A stretch of 63,331 nucleotides of DNA, filler included, from Octopus bimaculoides (Eukaryota), in the NCBI RefSeq assembly GCF_001194135.2. It is 7 parts of 7 records of this genome, joined end to end, with 100 filler letters (N's around TTAATTAATTAA, not from the genome) between each part and the next. Parts side by side here need not be neighbours in the genome. Positions count along the whole stretch, not along the records: positions 48,894 to 55,729 come from NC_068985.1; positions 55,830 to 59,544 come from NC_069005.1; positions 59,645 to 63,331 come from NC_068983.1; 4 more parts are not named here. One strand, given 5' to 3'. Shown one piece after another: positions 50,911-63,023 of this stretch. Under the pieces are notes generated by a model. That model searched no databases and was not told where the DNA came from. It worked only from the letters and a program-made list of their open reading frames with translations. Numbering within the stretch: the stretch's first letter is position 1; each line of letters starts with the position of its first letter. Made by a program: the position numbers and the translations under genes.

Positions 50911-51564
50911 GGCTGCTCCAGACCTTCTGAGGTCTAGCCACTGACCACAGAGCACACAGCCAGTTCCAGCGATGACACAACAGCAGCCACATGGAGACTC
51001 ATCAACACTCTTCCAGCAGCATCAACATCGTCTCTCTACGTACACACCAACCAGCAACGCTCGCACAGGTTCTATCTCCTCACTGTTTGTGAAAAACTTC
51101 ACCATGGTTAACTGCAAATACAATCTGCGACAACCTTCTGTAACAAGTAGACGGCAGCAGCATTGAAGCCACAACTTCTTACACGACATGTGCCTCTTCC
51201 CGGCTCTGCATTGCCGCCACAATGTCTTGATACAGCACTTCAACTACTGTGTACCTTGACTTACGAACTGGTATTTATCATTCTAGTGTCTGAACATTCT
51301 TCTAACGTCATTATTGACATCTTTCTATGCTCTGTACTTATCGCACACGCATACATCCATGTTTGTACGTACACACTTTGTATACATGACGGCCTGTCTA
51401 TTATTATGTTTATATGACGCGCACACATGTTAGCATATGAATAAAATCTTCTCTTAAACCTTCTACCGGTTGTATCTCTCTTTTCCTTCTGGCACTTATA
51501 CTCATTTATCCTCTTTTCATATTTCATTGTGAAAAGCAACGACCAGCGAAATTTCGACGTCACA

Positions 51565-52145
51565 ATGTGTATGTATGTATGTATGAATGTATGTATCTCT
51601 TCTATTTTTTAATTATTATAATCTTATACTGAGGAGGGAGCCGGGTTTCCAACAAAAATACAAGGCTCCGTCTTTGGGATGTAGTTAACATAGACAAATT
51701 CACATTTGGAACTTGAGAAAAGTCTTGCATATTTTTACTGTTCCACTCACAGATTGGATTTATAATGTCCGAATCAACCGGTCAATTTCTCTTTCCGAAA
51801 ATCCCAGTTTATCCAGATTCTCCTTTAAGCATTTACTAACAAAACCTAGTGCTCCAACTATTATTGGTATGAATATGAATTGATAGTCTGAGGTTTCGAA
51901 GCAGTAGCCTATAGATATCTTCTTTTTCTTTGATTTCCAAAGAGATATTTATATCTGCAGGGCATCTAACCTCTATGATGGTACATATCTTCGCCCCTCT
52001 GTCCCAAACAACAATATCCGGTCTGCAATGTTTTGATGAGAATATTCCACCAGTATTCCTTGAATTGGTGTTTATGAATGTATTCCATAACAGAGGGATT
52101 TTCTAAGTTTATTTCAAGACAGTCGTTTTTGCGGATGGCATTGTA
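51565..52145 (-). mobile_element. RLE-type (R4/Dong-like) non-LTR retrotransposon 3' end, copy 1
   Basis: PDIVVWDRGAKICTIIEVRCPAD...KEKEDIY...FIPIIVGALGFVSKCLKENLDKLGF...KICKTFLKFQM* (PD-(D/E)xK restriction-like endonuclease), then a 3' UTR and (TACA)n. Confidence 0.85.
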
Positions 52146-52156
52146 AATTGTAAATT

Positions 52157-52567
52157 GTATGTATGTATGTATGTATGCATGTATGTATGTATGTTATCAA
52201 TCAGTTTCATTTCTGTTTTTCTTGTCAATAGAGAACGAGCCGGACTCTAACATATATTCAAGGTTCCTTCATTGGAACTTTTATCAACATCATCTATGTA
52301 TTTGTGCATATGTGTGTGTGTGTGCAGTATTTGGTGTTAGTGTATGCACAGATTTGTATGTTTGTTTTATGGATGCATTTTTTGTATATATTTTCATGTC
52401 TAAATGCATGCATATGTATTTATGTGCTAAACTTTTGGAAAGTTTTATATATCTTTACAGTTCCATTGATGGCTTGAATCTGTAGTCTTCTAATCAGCCT
52501 TTTTCTTTCAGGTTTTGAGAATCCTAATTTTTGCAGGTTTTTGTTGAGGCAGTTCATTACATATCCC

Positions 52568-52570
<3 letters not shown>
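52157..52570 (-). mobile_element. RLE-type LINE 3' end, copy 2 (same family)
   Basis: GYVMNCLNKNLQKLGFSKPERKRLIRRLQIQAINGTVKIYKTFQKF* aligns to the copy 1 C-terminus. Similar 3' UTR (gagccgg...caaggttcc). Confidence 0.8.
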
Positions 52571-52598
<28 letters not shown>

Positions 52599-53827
52599 TG
52601 TATGTATGTATGTATGTTTGCATGTATGTATGCATGTTTGTATGTATGTATGTATGTGTGTATGTATGTATGTATGTGTATGTATGCAAGTGTGTATATG
52701 AGCGTGTGTGTGTGTGTGTATATACGTATGTGTGTGTGTGTATGCGCGCCCGTGCGTGTGCATGCAAAACATACATGTAAGAAGCTATGCAGTTGACTAA
52801 TTTATACTGACTGATAAGCAAATAACTAATTAGCGGATGTATAATCTATTCAGTTATTATAATCATCAGGTCATTTGTGGATCTACTCATTCGCGCGCGC
52901 ACGTGAGTTTGTGTGTGGTGTAAATAGTTGCATGTAAATGTATTTCCCTGCTATTATCTTTGTAGTTAAATCAACAAAATGTAGACATATCTGAGCAAAC
53001 ATTTGTGTGCAGGTGATGAAAAAGAGTGTAGGCATGATGGTGTTATATGTGTGCGTGTGTGTTTGTGTGTGTGTGTGTGTGTGCGTGTATGCGTGTGTGT
53101 GTGTGTGTGTGTGTGTGTGNNNNNNNNNNCCGTTTTTCCGCAATATTTCTAGGCGCAAATGGATTATTTTTTTAATATCTAGCACTATATCTTTCTCCAT
53201 TTCGAAGTTAAGGGTAAAAATAAAGCAACCCTGCAAAACACAACTGATCTTTACACGCATACGCACAGAATTACAATCAAATAACGACAGCCGAGTGCGC
53301 AACAAACATCAGCAATCTGACTGTCGCCTCTACTCTTGACAAGAGATGCCAGTTAGTCTTTTACACCTACCAGGCTCGTTCGTATCAGCCCGAGTTGCTG
53401 GATAATTTTTCGTTCGTTTAAGAATATTGTAGAACGGAAAGTTTTCATAGATTGGAATTTAAATCCTAATCTCTATAGAAATTTATTGTTTTAAGAAAAT
53501 AGAATTTGAATTATTTAAAATTTTTACGATTATAGATAACAACTCGGACTGTAACTTCTGAGTCCGAGTCAGGCGCGTGTGAACGATGTCGAGAGAACGT
53601 CTGCTACGAATATTTTTTGGCACAGGACACCTTTAATACGACCGCCAGACACTGAACGAAAATAAATTAACTGCGACCCTGCTCAATAAAAGGAGCCCGA
53701 GTTATTGGCTGCAATTACATACTTGAAGTCAGTGTTAGCACAAATTAAATCAGCTTGCAAATATACATTCACTTTACTAAATTTATACTCGGGCTAAGCC
53801 CGAACAGCCCGAGTGCCGGAGTCCACA

Positions 53828-53872
<45 letters not shown>

Positions 53873-53910
53873 CAAATTATATACAGGGCTGGACTTGACT
53901 CTCTTAAGCA

Positions 53911-54380
53911 CATCTCATCGAAAATAGTCAACTGGTTTGAAACATCGATGTCTGAGATTCCTAATAGATAGCGACACTGAACGGACAAGGTATTTTTACA
54001 CCTTTTTTTTTACTACAAGAGAGATCTTTTCTCCGCGGTAACTGCAGTGTATTTGCCTTTTAGCAGTTTAAATATGTGACGAACATATTTCATCTTACCA
54101 AATTCTGCTCAGACATAAACACTGCTTAGTGCTAATAATTCGTTATTTTCCTTCGATCAGGTGATCTACTAGCGCAAATCAGTCAACGTGTTAACTGAAT
54201 TATGCATAAAGCTGTAGCTTTATAAGTCCGTTTAGAGTTGCATCTCCTATGTACATCTCATCGAAAATAGCCAACTAGCCAGAAACATCGATGTCTGAGA
54301 TTCCTAACAAATAGCGACATTGAATGGACTTGGTGTTTTTACACCTTTTTGCCATAAGAGAGATTTTTTTCTCCACGGTA
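53911..54380 (+). repeat. Direct repeat of about 130 bp (53911-54040 and 54252-54380)
   Basis: acatctcatcgaaaatag.caact....gaaacatcgatgtctgagattcctaa...ctcc.cggta occurs twice. Confidence 0.85.
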
Positions 54381-54393
54381 TATATATACGAAA

Positions 54394-54794
54394 AATTGTC
54401 ACTAAATGCGATTAAGGGTGTCAAGAGACTTACATTGCTAGAGATAAGAGCTAAAATGCTCTAATGCTGTAGTAAAAGCACATAATTGTATACATATATG
54501 CTCACACCGGCTAATATCACCCCAAAACACCGACTCGAGAATTCCCTATACTGAACATTCAGTTTCGGCTACTTCCGTAGCCTTTTTAGTGGGGACCGCT
54601 CGTTCAGCTATTTCCGGGTTCAATCCACCGCCAGCATGTATGTATTTACCACAAAAATTCACGGATGATTTTGCGAATTGCTGCTAATGTGTATACAAAA
54701 ACTAATATAAACAACTATGCACGTTTTACCATAAAGGAAAAATATAATTGTCACTAATGTAGGTGGATACCCTTAATCGCATTTAGTGACAATT
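54394..54794. mobile_element. MITE-like element with 29-bp inverted ends enclosing a tRNA-like segment
   Basis: AATTGTCACTAAATGCGATTAAGGGTGTC (54394) against GATACCCTTAATCGCATTTAGTGACAATT (ends 54794), 1 mismatch. B-box GGTTCAATCC at 54617. Confidence 0.6.
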
Positions 54795-54845
54795 AGATTT
54801 TTCCTTTATTGTAAAACATCGTGCACGGCTGTTTACATTAATTTT

Positions 54846-54883
<38 letters not shown>

Positions 54884-55875
54884 CGCGCGCACGCGCAAGC
54901 ACACACATATATATCTATAATATAAATTGGACATGGCCGATCGTTGTATTCTTTCTTGTCTTGAGGTTCACAGCCAAACGGCTGGGTGGATTCGCGTGAA
55001 AAATGGCACACATGTGGCGACGGGTGCATAGATTGGAATGCGGTTTGTATTTTTTCCTAGCCCCCATATTTATCGAGAAAATCGATTAAAACTTTTTCTA
55101 ATGGAATTCCCCTGTTTGTTCTGCCATTAAAACAACCAGTTGCTCACACAGCCGGCATATACCATTTCGCTAGCAACAAGGGGAGTACAGGATGACAGTC
55201 AGCCAAAACTTTCGCTATGTTGTCTCTCTTCTTTCATCTCTTTGTGGGGTTAATAATCTTAATCTTTAGTTACGGTTTCTCATTCAACTACATAATAAGC
55301 AGAATTGTCGGATTGAGACAGTTGGGTGTTTTGAGGGAGATTTGGCTGCTATTTCTACCAGGTCTAGCTACCATGTAGAGGTCTGAACTTAATTTTCATT
55401 CACATATTTGCATTTCAAAAATTTAACATAATCTTTTCCATAAATCAACTATCGTAGAAATTTTATACGATGACCTCACATTTTCTATGTATGTGTGTTT
55501 TACCTTAAAAGACGTCAATCATCACAACACACACCTTCGCTCACTCACTCTATCTCTCTTTCTCTCTCACACACACACACGCGCAAGCACGCACGCACGC
55601 ACACACACACACACACACACACGTCTATTTCATATATCTTCTTTCAATTTCTGCTCTCTGCAAATAACATTTTTACGGATACAACTGCTTACAAACATAG
55701 GGATTAATGTATAATTTCTTTCTATGTTCNNNNNNNNNNNNNNNNNNNNNNNNNNNNNNNNNNNNNNNNNNNNTTAATTAATTAANNNNNNNNNNNNNNN
55801 NNNNNNNNNNNNNNNNNNNNNNNNNNNNNTATATATATATATATATATATATACATATATATACATACACTCACA

Positions 55876-55909
<34 letters not shown>

Positions 55910-56102
55910 CGTACGTGCCTACATACATACATACATACATGCATACATACATACATACATGCATACATACATACATACATACACACACACATACATACAT
56001 ACATACACATATAGTTCAAATGTTCAGAAAAGAAAAAGATGAAGACAGGTGAGGGAACAACAAGCAGGCATATCAGTTTGATGCTCGAGAAAAATGTAAC
56101 CG

Positions 56103-56140
56103 TGTTTGACGTTTCGAGCCTACGCTCTTCACCAGAAAGG
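56103..56140 (-). ncRNA. Minimal type I hammerhead-ribozyme-like motif (Penelope-type), core variant
   Basis: Minus strand reads cuuu CUGGUGA A GAGC guag GCUC GAAAC GUC aaa: perfect stem II and palindromic ACGU stem III, but the core is CUGGUGA rather than CUGANGA. Confidence 0.5.
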
Positions 56141-56439
56141 GATGAAACACAACGTGACGCTCTGCTGAAAAGGTCGACATTTTTGTGTTCTTCAACAAAT
56201 TATATCAACTGAAATAACTGCAAGCAGTTACATTTGCTTTGTCGGAGTTAACTTTACGATGGCGTAGTAAGGGCACGGTTGAGGGTTCAGTAGCGGTTGA
56301 AAATAAGGAACGAACAAATTGACATGTTTAATAGAATTAAAGATATTTTTTCCAACACATATTTATACTTTTCCAACACACCATCGTGAACAATTAAGAT
56401 ATATAGGATTCGCAAATTCTGTTTTATCTTTTCATTAAT

Positions 56440-57270
56440 AATCGACATAGCATTCTCCGTTGACAACAGGACCCTTCTCTTTGCTAATAGAAGTGTGGAG
56501 GATAATCCTCGTTGCAAGACCTCTGACATAGCAGAACAAGTTGAAGTCAGTCCCAGAACAGTTGTCAGGTATCTTCACAAATTTGGTTACTGTGGCAGAG
56601 CAGTAAGAAGGAAGCCACATCTTTGACTAGCCAATATGAAACGGAGAAAAGATTGGGCTCGTGAGATGGTGGAGGGACCACTAGCATTTTGGGACACTGT
56701 CATATTCTCTGGTGAGTCCAGATTTGCTGTATTTCCTAACAGTGGTCGAGCGTAAGTTTGGAGACTCTGTGATCAAGAATTTGATGTGAAAAGATTGCAA
56801 CCAGCATTGAGACACAGCAGCTATTCTGTGAGGTCTGGGGAACAATTTGGAGCAATGCTTAATCAGAGATGGTGGGATGTGAGGGAAAGATAAACTCAAA
56901 TAAATATGTGTCCATATTGCAGAAAGGACTCCTTCCAATCTTCCCCAGTGGTGAAATGATTAAAGAAAACTATTTATGGAAGATGGGAATCCTTGTCATA
57001 ACCCAAGATTTGTTGGAAAAGAATGGCATTGGAAAACTTCCATAGTCAAGCCAGTTACCAGATAAGAATTCTATGGAACACCTCTGGGGCATAATGGACA
57101 GGAGATTTCATAAACAGAAGTAGAAAGCATCTTCAAAGCCAGATCTTTTCAGATTATTGCATGAAACTTAGCAAGAAATTCCTCAAGAGAATGTTCGCCA
57201 TCTGATCAGTAACATGCCTAATAGGGATCTTGCATTGAAAAGTGCAAAGGGTGTGTCTACTAAATATTAA
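56440..57270 (+). pseudogene. Decayed Tc1 transposase (second family)
   Basis: Motifs AVRRKPHL, FWDTVIFSGESRF, VWG, GKINSNKYVSIL, EDGNPCH, PDKNSMEHLW and NMPNR...SAKGVSTKY*. Confidence 0.9.
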
Positions 57271-58057
57271 ATGTTCACATTATAACAACTAACAATTAAT
57301 TTGAATGTATTATTTCAGATTTAAATAAATTTCAATGATTATAAGCGTGTCTATTTACTTCTTTCATGTCTGTATATATATATATATATATATNNNNNNN
57401 NNNNNNNNNNNNNNNNNNNNNNNNNNNNNNNNNNNNNNNNNNNNNNNNNNNNNNNNNNNNNNNNNNNNNNNNNNNNNNNNNNNNNNNNNNNNNNNNNNNN
57501 NNNNNNNNNNNNNNNNNNNNNNNNNNNNNNNNNNNNNNNNNNNNNNNNNNNNNNNNNNNNNNNNNNNNNNNNNNNNNNNNNNNNNNNNNNNNNNNNNNNN
57601 NNNNNNNNNNNNNNNNNNNNNNNNNNNNNNNNNNNNNNNNNNNNNNNNNNNNNNNNNNNNNNNNNNNNNNNNNNNNNNNNNNNNNNNNNNNNNNNNNNNN
57701 NNNNNNNNNNNNNNNNNNNNNNNNNNNNNNNNNNNNNNNNNNNNNNNNNNNNNNNNNNNNNNNNNNNNNNNNNNNNNNNNNNNNNNNNNNNNNNNNNNNN
57801 NNNNNNNNNNNNNNNNNNNNNNNNNNNNNNNNNNNNNNNNNNNNNNNNNNNNNNNNNNNNNNNNNNNNNNNNNNNNNNNNNNNNNNNNNNNNNNNNNNNN
57901 NNNNNNNNNNNNNNNNNNNNNNNNNNNNNNNNNNNNNNNNNNNNNNNNNNNNNNNNNNNNNNNNNNNNNNNNNNNNNNNNNNNNNNNNNNNNNNNNNNNN
58001 NNNNNNNNNNNNNNNNNNNNNNNNNNNNNNNNNNNNNNNNNNNNNNNNNNNNNNNNN

Positions 58058-58092
<35 letters not shown>

Positions 58093-58529
58093 CACACATA
58101 CATACACATACATATATATACATACACACATACATACATATATATATATATGCATATATGCTACTACGTTTGCGTGCATCTACGTATGCATGTTTGTGTG
58201 TGTGTATGTACATACACATGTGAATATATGTGCATGAGAGAGCAAAGGAGATATAAAGTGTATGTGTGTGTATGCGTGTGTGTGTGAGCGTGTATGTGTC
58301 TGTAAGTGTGTGAGAGAGTGTGTGTGTGTGTGTGTGCGCGTGCGTTTGTATCTCTAAGTATATGTACGCCTGCATCTGCCAGTTGCACCTGTGTACACAG
58401 CTGCACGTATGTGGAACTAAACATAAAATTAACAGAATGTATGCGTGTAAACGGATGTGTGTGGGTATGTGTGCATTTTGTGTCAAGCATAAGGAAAGAA
58501 CTAACTACGCGTAATTTACCCTCTCCTAC

Positions 58530-58640
58530 CGTTGCTACCCGTTGCTAGTAACAAACAGCCTTGTTCTGGTTGAATAAAGATGGCGGTACTGATGAATGGT
58601 TGACACCTGTTCTACCATGAAACTCAAACTTTACCGGTAA
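58530..58640 (+). promoter_or_regulatory. Candidate promoter/first exon: RFX X-box-like GTTGCTAGTAAC, YY1 AAGATGGCGG, short coding start MKLKLYR ending at a donor
   Basis: X-box 58541-58552 (second half-site at 58531), YY1 58577-58586, ctaccATG at 58617, CG|GTAATG at 58637. Confidence 0.35.
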
Positions 58641-58669
58641 TGAGTTAAGTTTGCATGTTTATATATATG

Positions 58670-59447
58670 CGTCATCTGATCAATAAGTGTGAAGCCGCTT
58701 GAACACTAAGTTTTAACGTTCTAGCTCCCGTCCCCTGTTTACAGCAGTGCCTAGAAGTAACGTGCGTAACGTGTGATTGTGCATTGGCCATGACAGAAAA
58801 TATTGTCATGGCGATACATGCTCAGAAGCCTACGCAAAGTTGCATGTAGAGAAGTGTATGGAGACGAGTGTTTGAGCTGCACACAAGTGTACGAGTGGTT
58901 CAGACATTTCCGAGGTGGCCGAAAAAATGTCGATAGTGACGAACGTTCTGGGAGACCCACAACCATCAGAACTGAGAAAAACATCGCAGATGTGCGTACA
59001 GCTGCGAGGGTAAATCGTCGAATCATCATCTGTGAGTTATTCAGTACATTATCACGGAAGGTTTGTGTATGAGACGCGTATCTGCCAAGTTTGTGCCCAA
59101 ACTGCTTTCAACAGAGCAAAGAACACTCGGGTTTCAGTTGCACAAGATCTCCTTGATTGTGTCGAGAACGATGAAAACACTTTTAAAACTTTGCGTAGGC
59201 CTCTGAGCAGGTATCGCCAAGCTTTCGGCAAAATTTGATGCAGATTCTCTGCTCAACTTTCTCCGTCATGCTCAATGCGACGATCAGACGTTACACATGT
59301 CACTTCCAGCGGAAGAGAGCTAGAACATTGAAATTTAGTGCGCATGCACAGCAGAGTTCGAGGTCAATCTATGACGAGCAGCGTTGCTCTGTGTGCTTTA
59401 GCTTCGTTACTATGGAAACAGTCCGGATACTGATTGATCAGATTACG
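58670..59447 (+). mobile_element. Internally deleted mariner element
   Basis: TIRs CGTCATCTGATCAATAAGT and ACTGATTGATCAGATTACG|TA. N-terminal transposase VYGDECLSCTQVYEWFRHFRGGRKNVDSDERSGRP. The catalytic domain is missing. Confidence 0.88.
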
Positions 59448-59483
59448 TATGTAAGTATGCATGTATGTATGTATGTGTATGTG

Positions 59484-59544
<61 letters not shown>

Positions 59545-59867
59545 NNNNNNNNNNNNNNNNNNNNNNNNNNNNNNNNNNNNNNNNNNNNTTAATTAATTAA
59601 NNNNNNNNNNNNNNNNNNNNNNNNNNNNNNNNNNNNNNNNNNNNTACATACATACATATGTGTGTTTGCGTGTAGAGTATATGTGGATCTGGCTGGTTTT
59701 TAGAAGATGCCTTGTGAGTTTAAAAATTACTCGGAGACACAAGGAAGAAACTATTAATAGATCTTATGTTGATACTGTGTTGATTAAATGATATAGATAT
59801 TTCTGTCTTTATGTGTTTGTGTGTGTGTGTCTGTAGAAGGATAGCAGATAGATAGACAGATAGATAT

Positions 59868-59936
<69 letters not shown>

Positions 59937-60934
59937 CAGATAGATGGATAGACAGAATAAATGAATCTAGATACATGTATGTATATGTATGTATATATAT
60001 GAACTTACACACTGACAAACACACATTGATTCAGTCACACAGTTGTTTGCTGATTTTCAACTGATATGTATAACAATAAAATCATACTCGTTCCTCTTTG
60101 TGCATATATACGTCTGTAAATCATTCTTAAAGCTATAAAAATGCAACACAGAATGCGTGAACTATGTTAATTAGTTTTCTGAACGGCACTTGAAATTTTA
60201 TCTCCGACAATATCTAAACAACAATAACTGATAGGAAGTAAATATTACCTACTTTGTTTTATTGAAGCGTTTTTGTTTTTAAATATTGTTTTTAAAAAAA
60301 ACAATAAACGTTAATTACAGTTTACAATAATGCATGTAATATTGCCAAAATTAAGCTCAAATTCACAATGTGAGATAAACGAAATTATTTTATGATACTT
60401 TACTGCCACCTGAGTCCTTGTATTACTATACTTAATAAATTCTAATCTAATGTTCAACGGAACTATAACTACCGCGTCTTGAAATTCCAACGAAGCAACA
60501 GCGTCAAATGAATCAAATGAAAGTGTAAAGTAGCAAAAATTCAATTAAAATATTCATAAAATTATTCTAATTACACTCATGGATATTATCTGAAAGTCAA
60601 ACAGAATTTTCTTTGCCAATTCATGTTTTATGACTTGTGTGTACCAATTCGAAGGCAGATGATATTTACCTTTAGTGTAATTGATATGAAAATTTGATGT
60701 TACATCTTTCCAAAATGTAAAAATGTAAACAAATTGTAGTGTGCAGTCTGTAGGAATTAGTTTCAGTTGATTTTACGTGTTTTTCTAACCGTAACTATGA
60801 ACTTATTAAAATTATATATATATAATGTGCATTTCATTTACAAGCTTTACCTTAATACTTAATTGCATACTTCATCTATCTTTATAACTATCATATTACT
60901 ATTATCATATTATATTCCTTTTTATTATAGCACA

Positions 60935-61060
60935 AGGCCTGAAATTTGTTGGGAGGAGGCTAGTCGATTATATCGACCCCCGTGCTTTATTGGTGTTTAT
61001 TTTGTCCATCCCGGAATGTTGATAGGCAAAATCAACCTCGGCGAAATTTGATCTCAGAAT
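60935..61060 (-). mobile_element. SINE family C fragment
   Basis: agtcgattatatcgacccc...ggcaaaatcaacctcggcgaaatttgatctcagaatg. Confidence 0.75.
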
Positions 61061-62459
61061 GTATATTAGGCGTCATTTTCACTTGTAATCGTAAACTCCT
61101 ACGTTTGCAAGCGTGTTTCTTTCTTCTGAAAACTACAAACAAATCTAAGCTTTAATGTTATAGGAAGAGATTACCTCGAGGTGGTATCTATAATTAATGA
61201 AAATAAAATTTCCGCGGTTGATACGATGTTAATTGTGTTCGAGTACAATAATGTTAGAGATTTGATACTGTTGAATCTAAAAGATATTGTTGCATCGGTT
61301 TAGGCTATACTGTATATTATTTACAGCCAAAGAGTTATCTCCCCTCACACTTCCTCGAAAAACTAGAGTGATGTTTTATTAACTTTAATAAGGTAAAATG
61401 ACAAGAGAAATTATTTACAGAGAGTTTACTTTTGTACTCTGTGCGAGTTTACACGATTGCTACACTTACATACTTTAATACCGATATCTTCGAATGAGTC
61501 TAACATCAAAGGATTTCTTATCTTTATCACTTTTATCCAGTTCTATTAGTAATAATAATTGAATATTTCATATCACAACAATTGTGACTAACACATAAAC
61601 TTCAAACACCCAATGTGTGCGATCAATATGAATTCAAAACTAAGTTAATTAGTTTTAATTTTTACGACTATAACGAGAGCTTCCAGTACTCGTATACACA
61701 CCTGTTATGAAACTAAGAGTTAAATGATATTACAAGTCATCTAGCAAAACAGTACCTCTTTTTGATATAATCCTTAGCTGATCAATGACATGTATTCAGA
61801 GAATATAAATTGAAATTACTATAAAAAAGTACAGTTGCAGAAACTTGTTACAATTTATCCATCCCATTTATCACTCATTTTAAGGAAAATTGGAACGTTA
61901 ATACTTTTTTTCAATTTTCCGTTCTGAAACTTACAAACGATTTAATTTCTTCCTTTCCCAGTTACATTTATTTTTAACCTCAAGTTATCCCGAAGTTTGC
62001 AAATTTCATAACGTATTGTCCTAAATATTATTGACATTATACAGATCTCGTGAGCAACTGTGAAACAATTCATAGATCATCATAAGGAAATCAACTAAAC
62101 ATTTCTATTTGATGAGGCAATAAGGGCTGCTGATACTGCTGAAAGACAGAACAAACAAAATAGTCAGTATTTAACTATTTCATGTACTAGAAAATCGAAA
62201 ATAGTCAGATTGACCGTTTATAGTATCCCATAATATATGTGCGCGCATGTGCGCGTGTTTGTGAGTGTATGTGCGTGTGTGTGTGCGCGCCTGTGTGTGT
62301 ATGTGTGCGCCTGCGTGTGTATGTGCACGCGTGCGTGTGTAATTTTAAGGAAAAGGTTCGAATAACTAGTTGATTTAATGAATTATGTTTGCGTGATTCG
62401 GGCGGAAAAGGTAAATATTATCTAGCACGCAGCCCGCCGAATTCAACTTTATTTTTCAT

Positions 62460-62660
62460 CACAATGTGGTCGGTAAAATGAAATGTCAATTAAGGAACTG
62501 GGGTCGATGTTATCGATTACCATCGCTTCTCAAATTTGTTAGAATTGCGCTAGAACCAGGAATTATTATCAAGAGCGCAGGAGAACAAACAAGCAAAATG
62601 GTTCAAACCTTGGTAAGAGTGAGATACAGAATTCAGATAGGTTTACTCCATTCTCAGTTC
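62460..62660 (+). mobile_element. Degenerate SINE family C fragments
   Basis: ctggggtcgatgttatcgatt...; gcaaaatggtt...ttctcagttcaaatc. Confidence 0.55.
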
Positions 62661-62949
62661 AAATCAGGCCGAAAGAAAATTTTCTTGTCTGCTTACTGGG
62701 CTACAAATATATCTTGTGCAAATGGTCTCGCTAGTTGTTATAACGGCACGCCCATACACTCAGTTAAAAGCCAGAAGTCGATATTACCTTGCTCACAATA
62801 AAACTGTAATTTATAAAATGTGAAAAAGTTCATAACTATATACAATACTCACATACACACGCACATTTGTATAAAATTTATTTATAAAACCTCTCTTGCC
62901 TCCGAACATAAAAACAAATGCACACGAGCACACAGTTATGTTCTGTATG

Positions 62950-63023
<74 letters not shown>

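Noticed and set aside
20276-59600. Six identical TTAATTAATTAA islands
   Set aside because: Scaffolding linkers between N blocks, not a dispersed motif.
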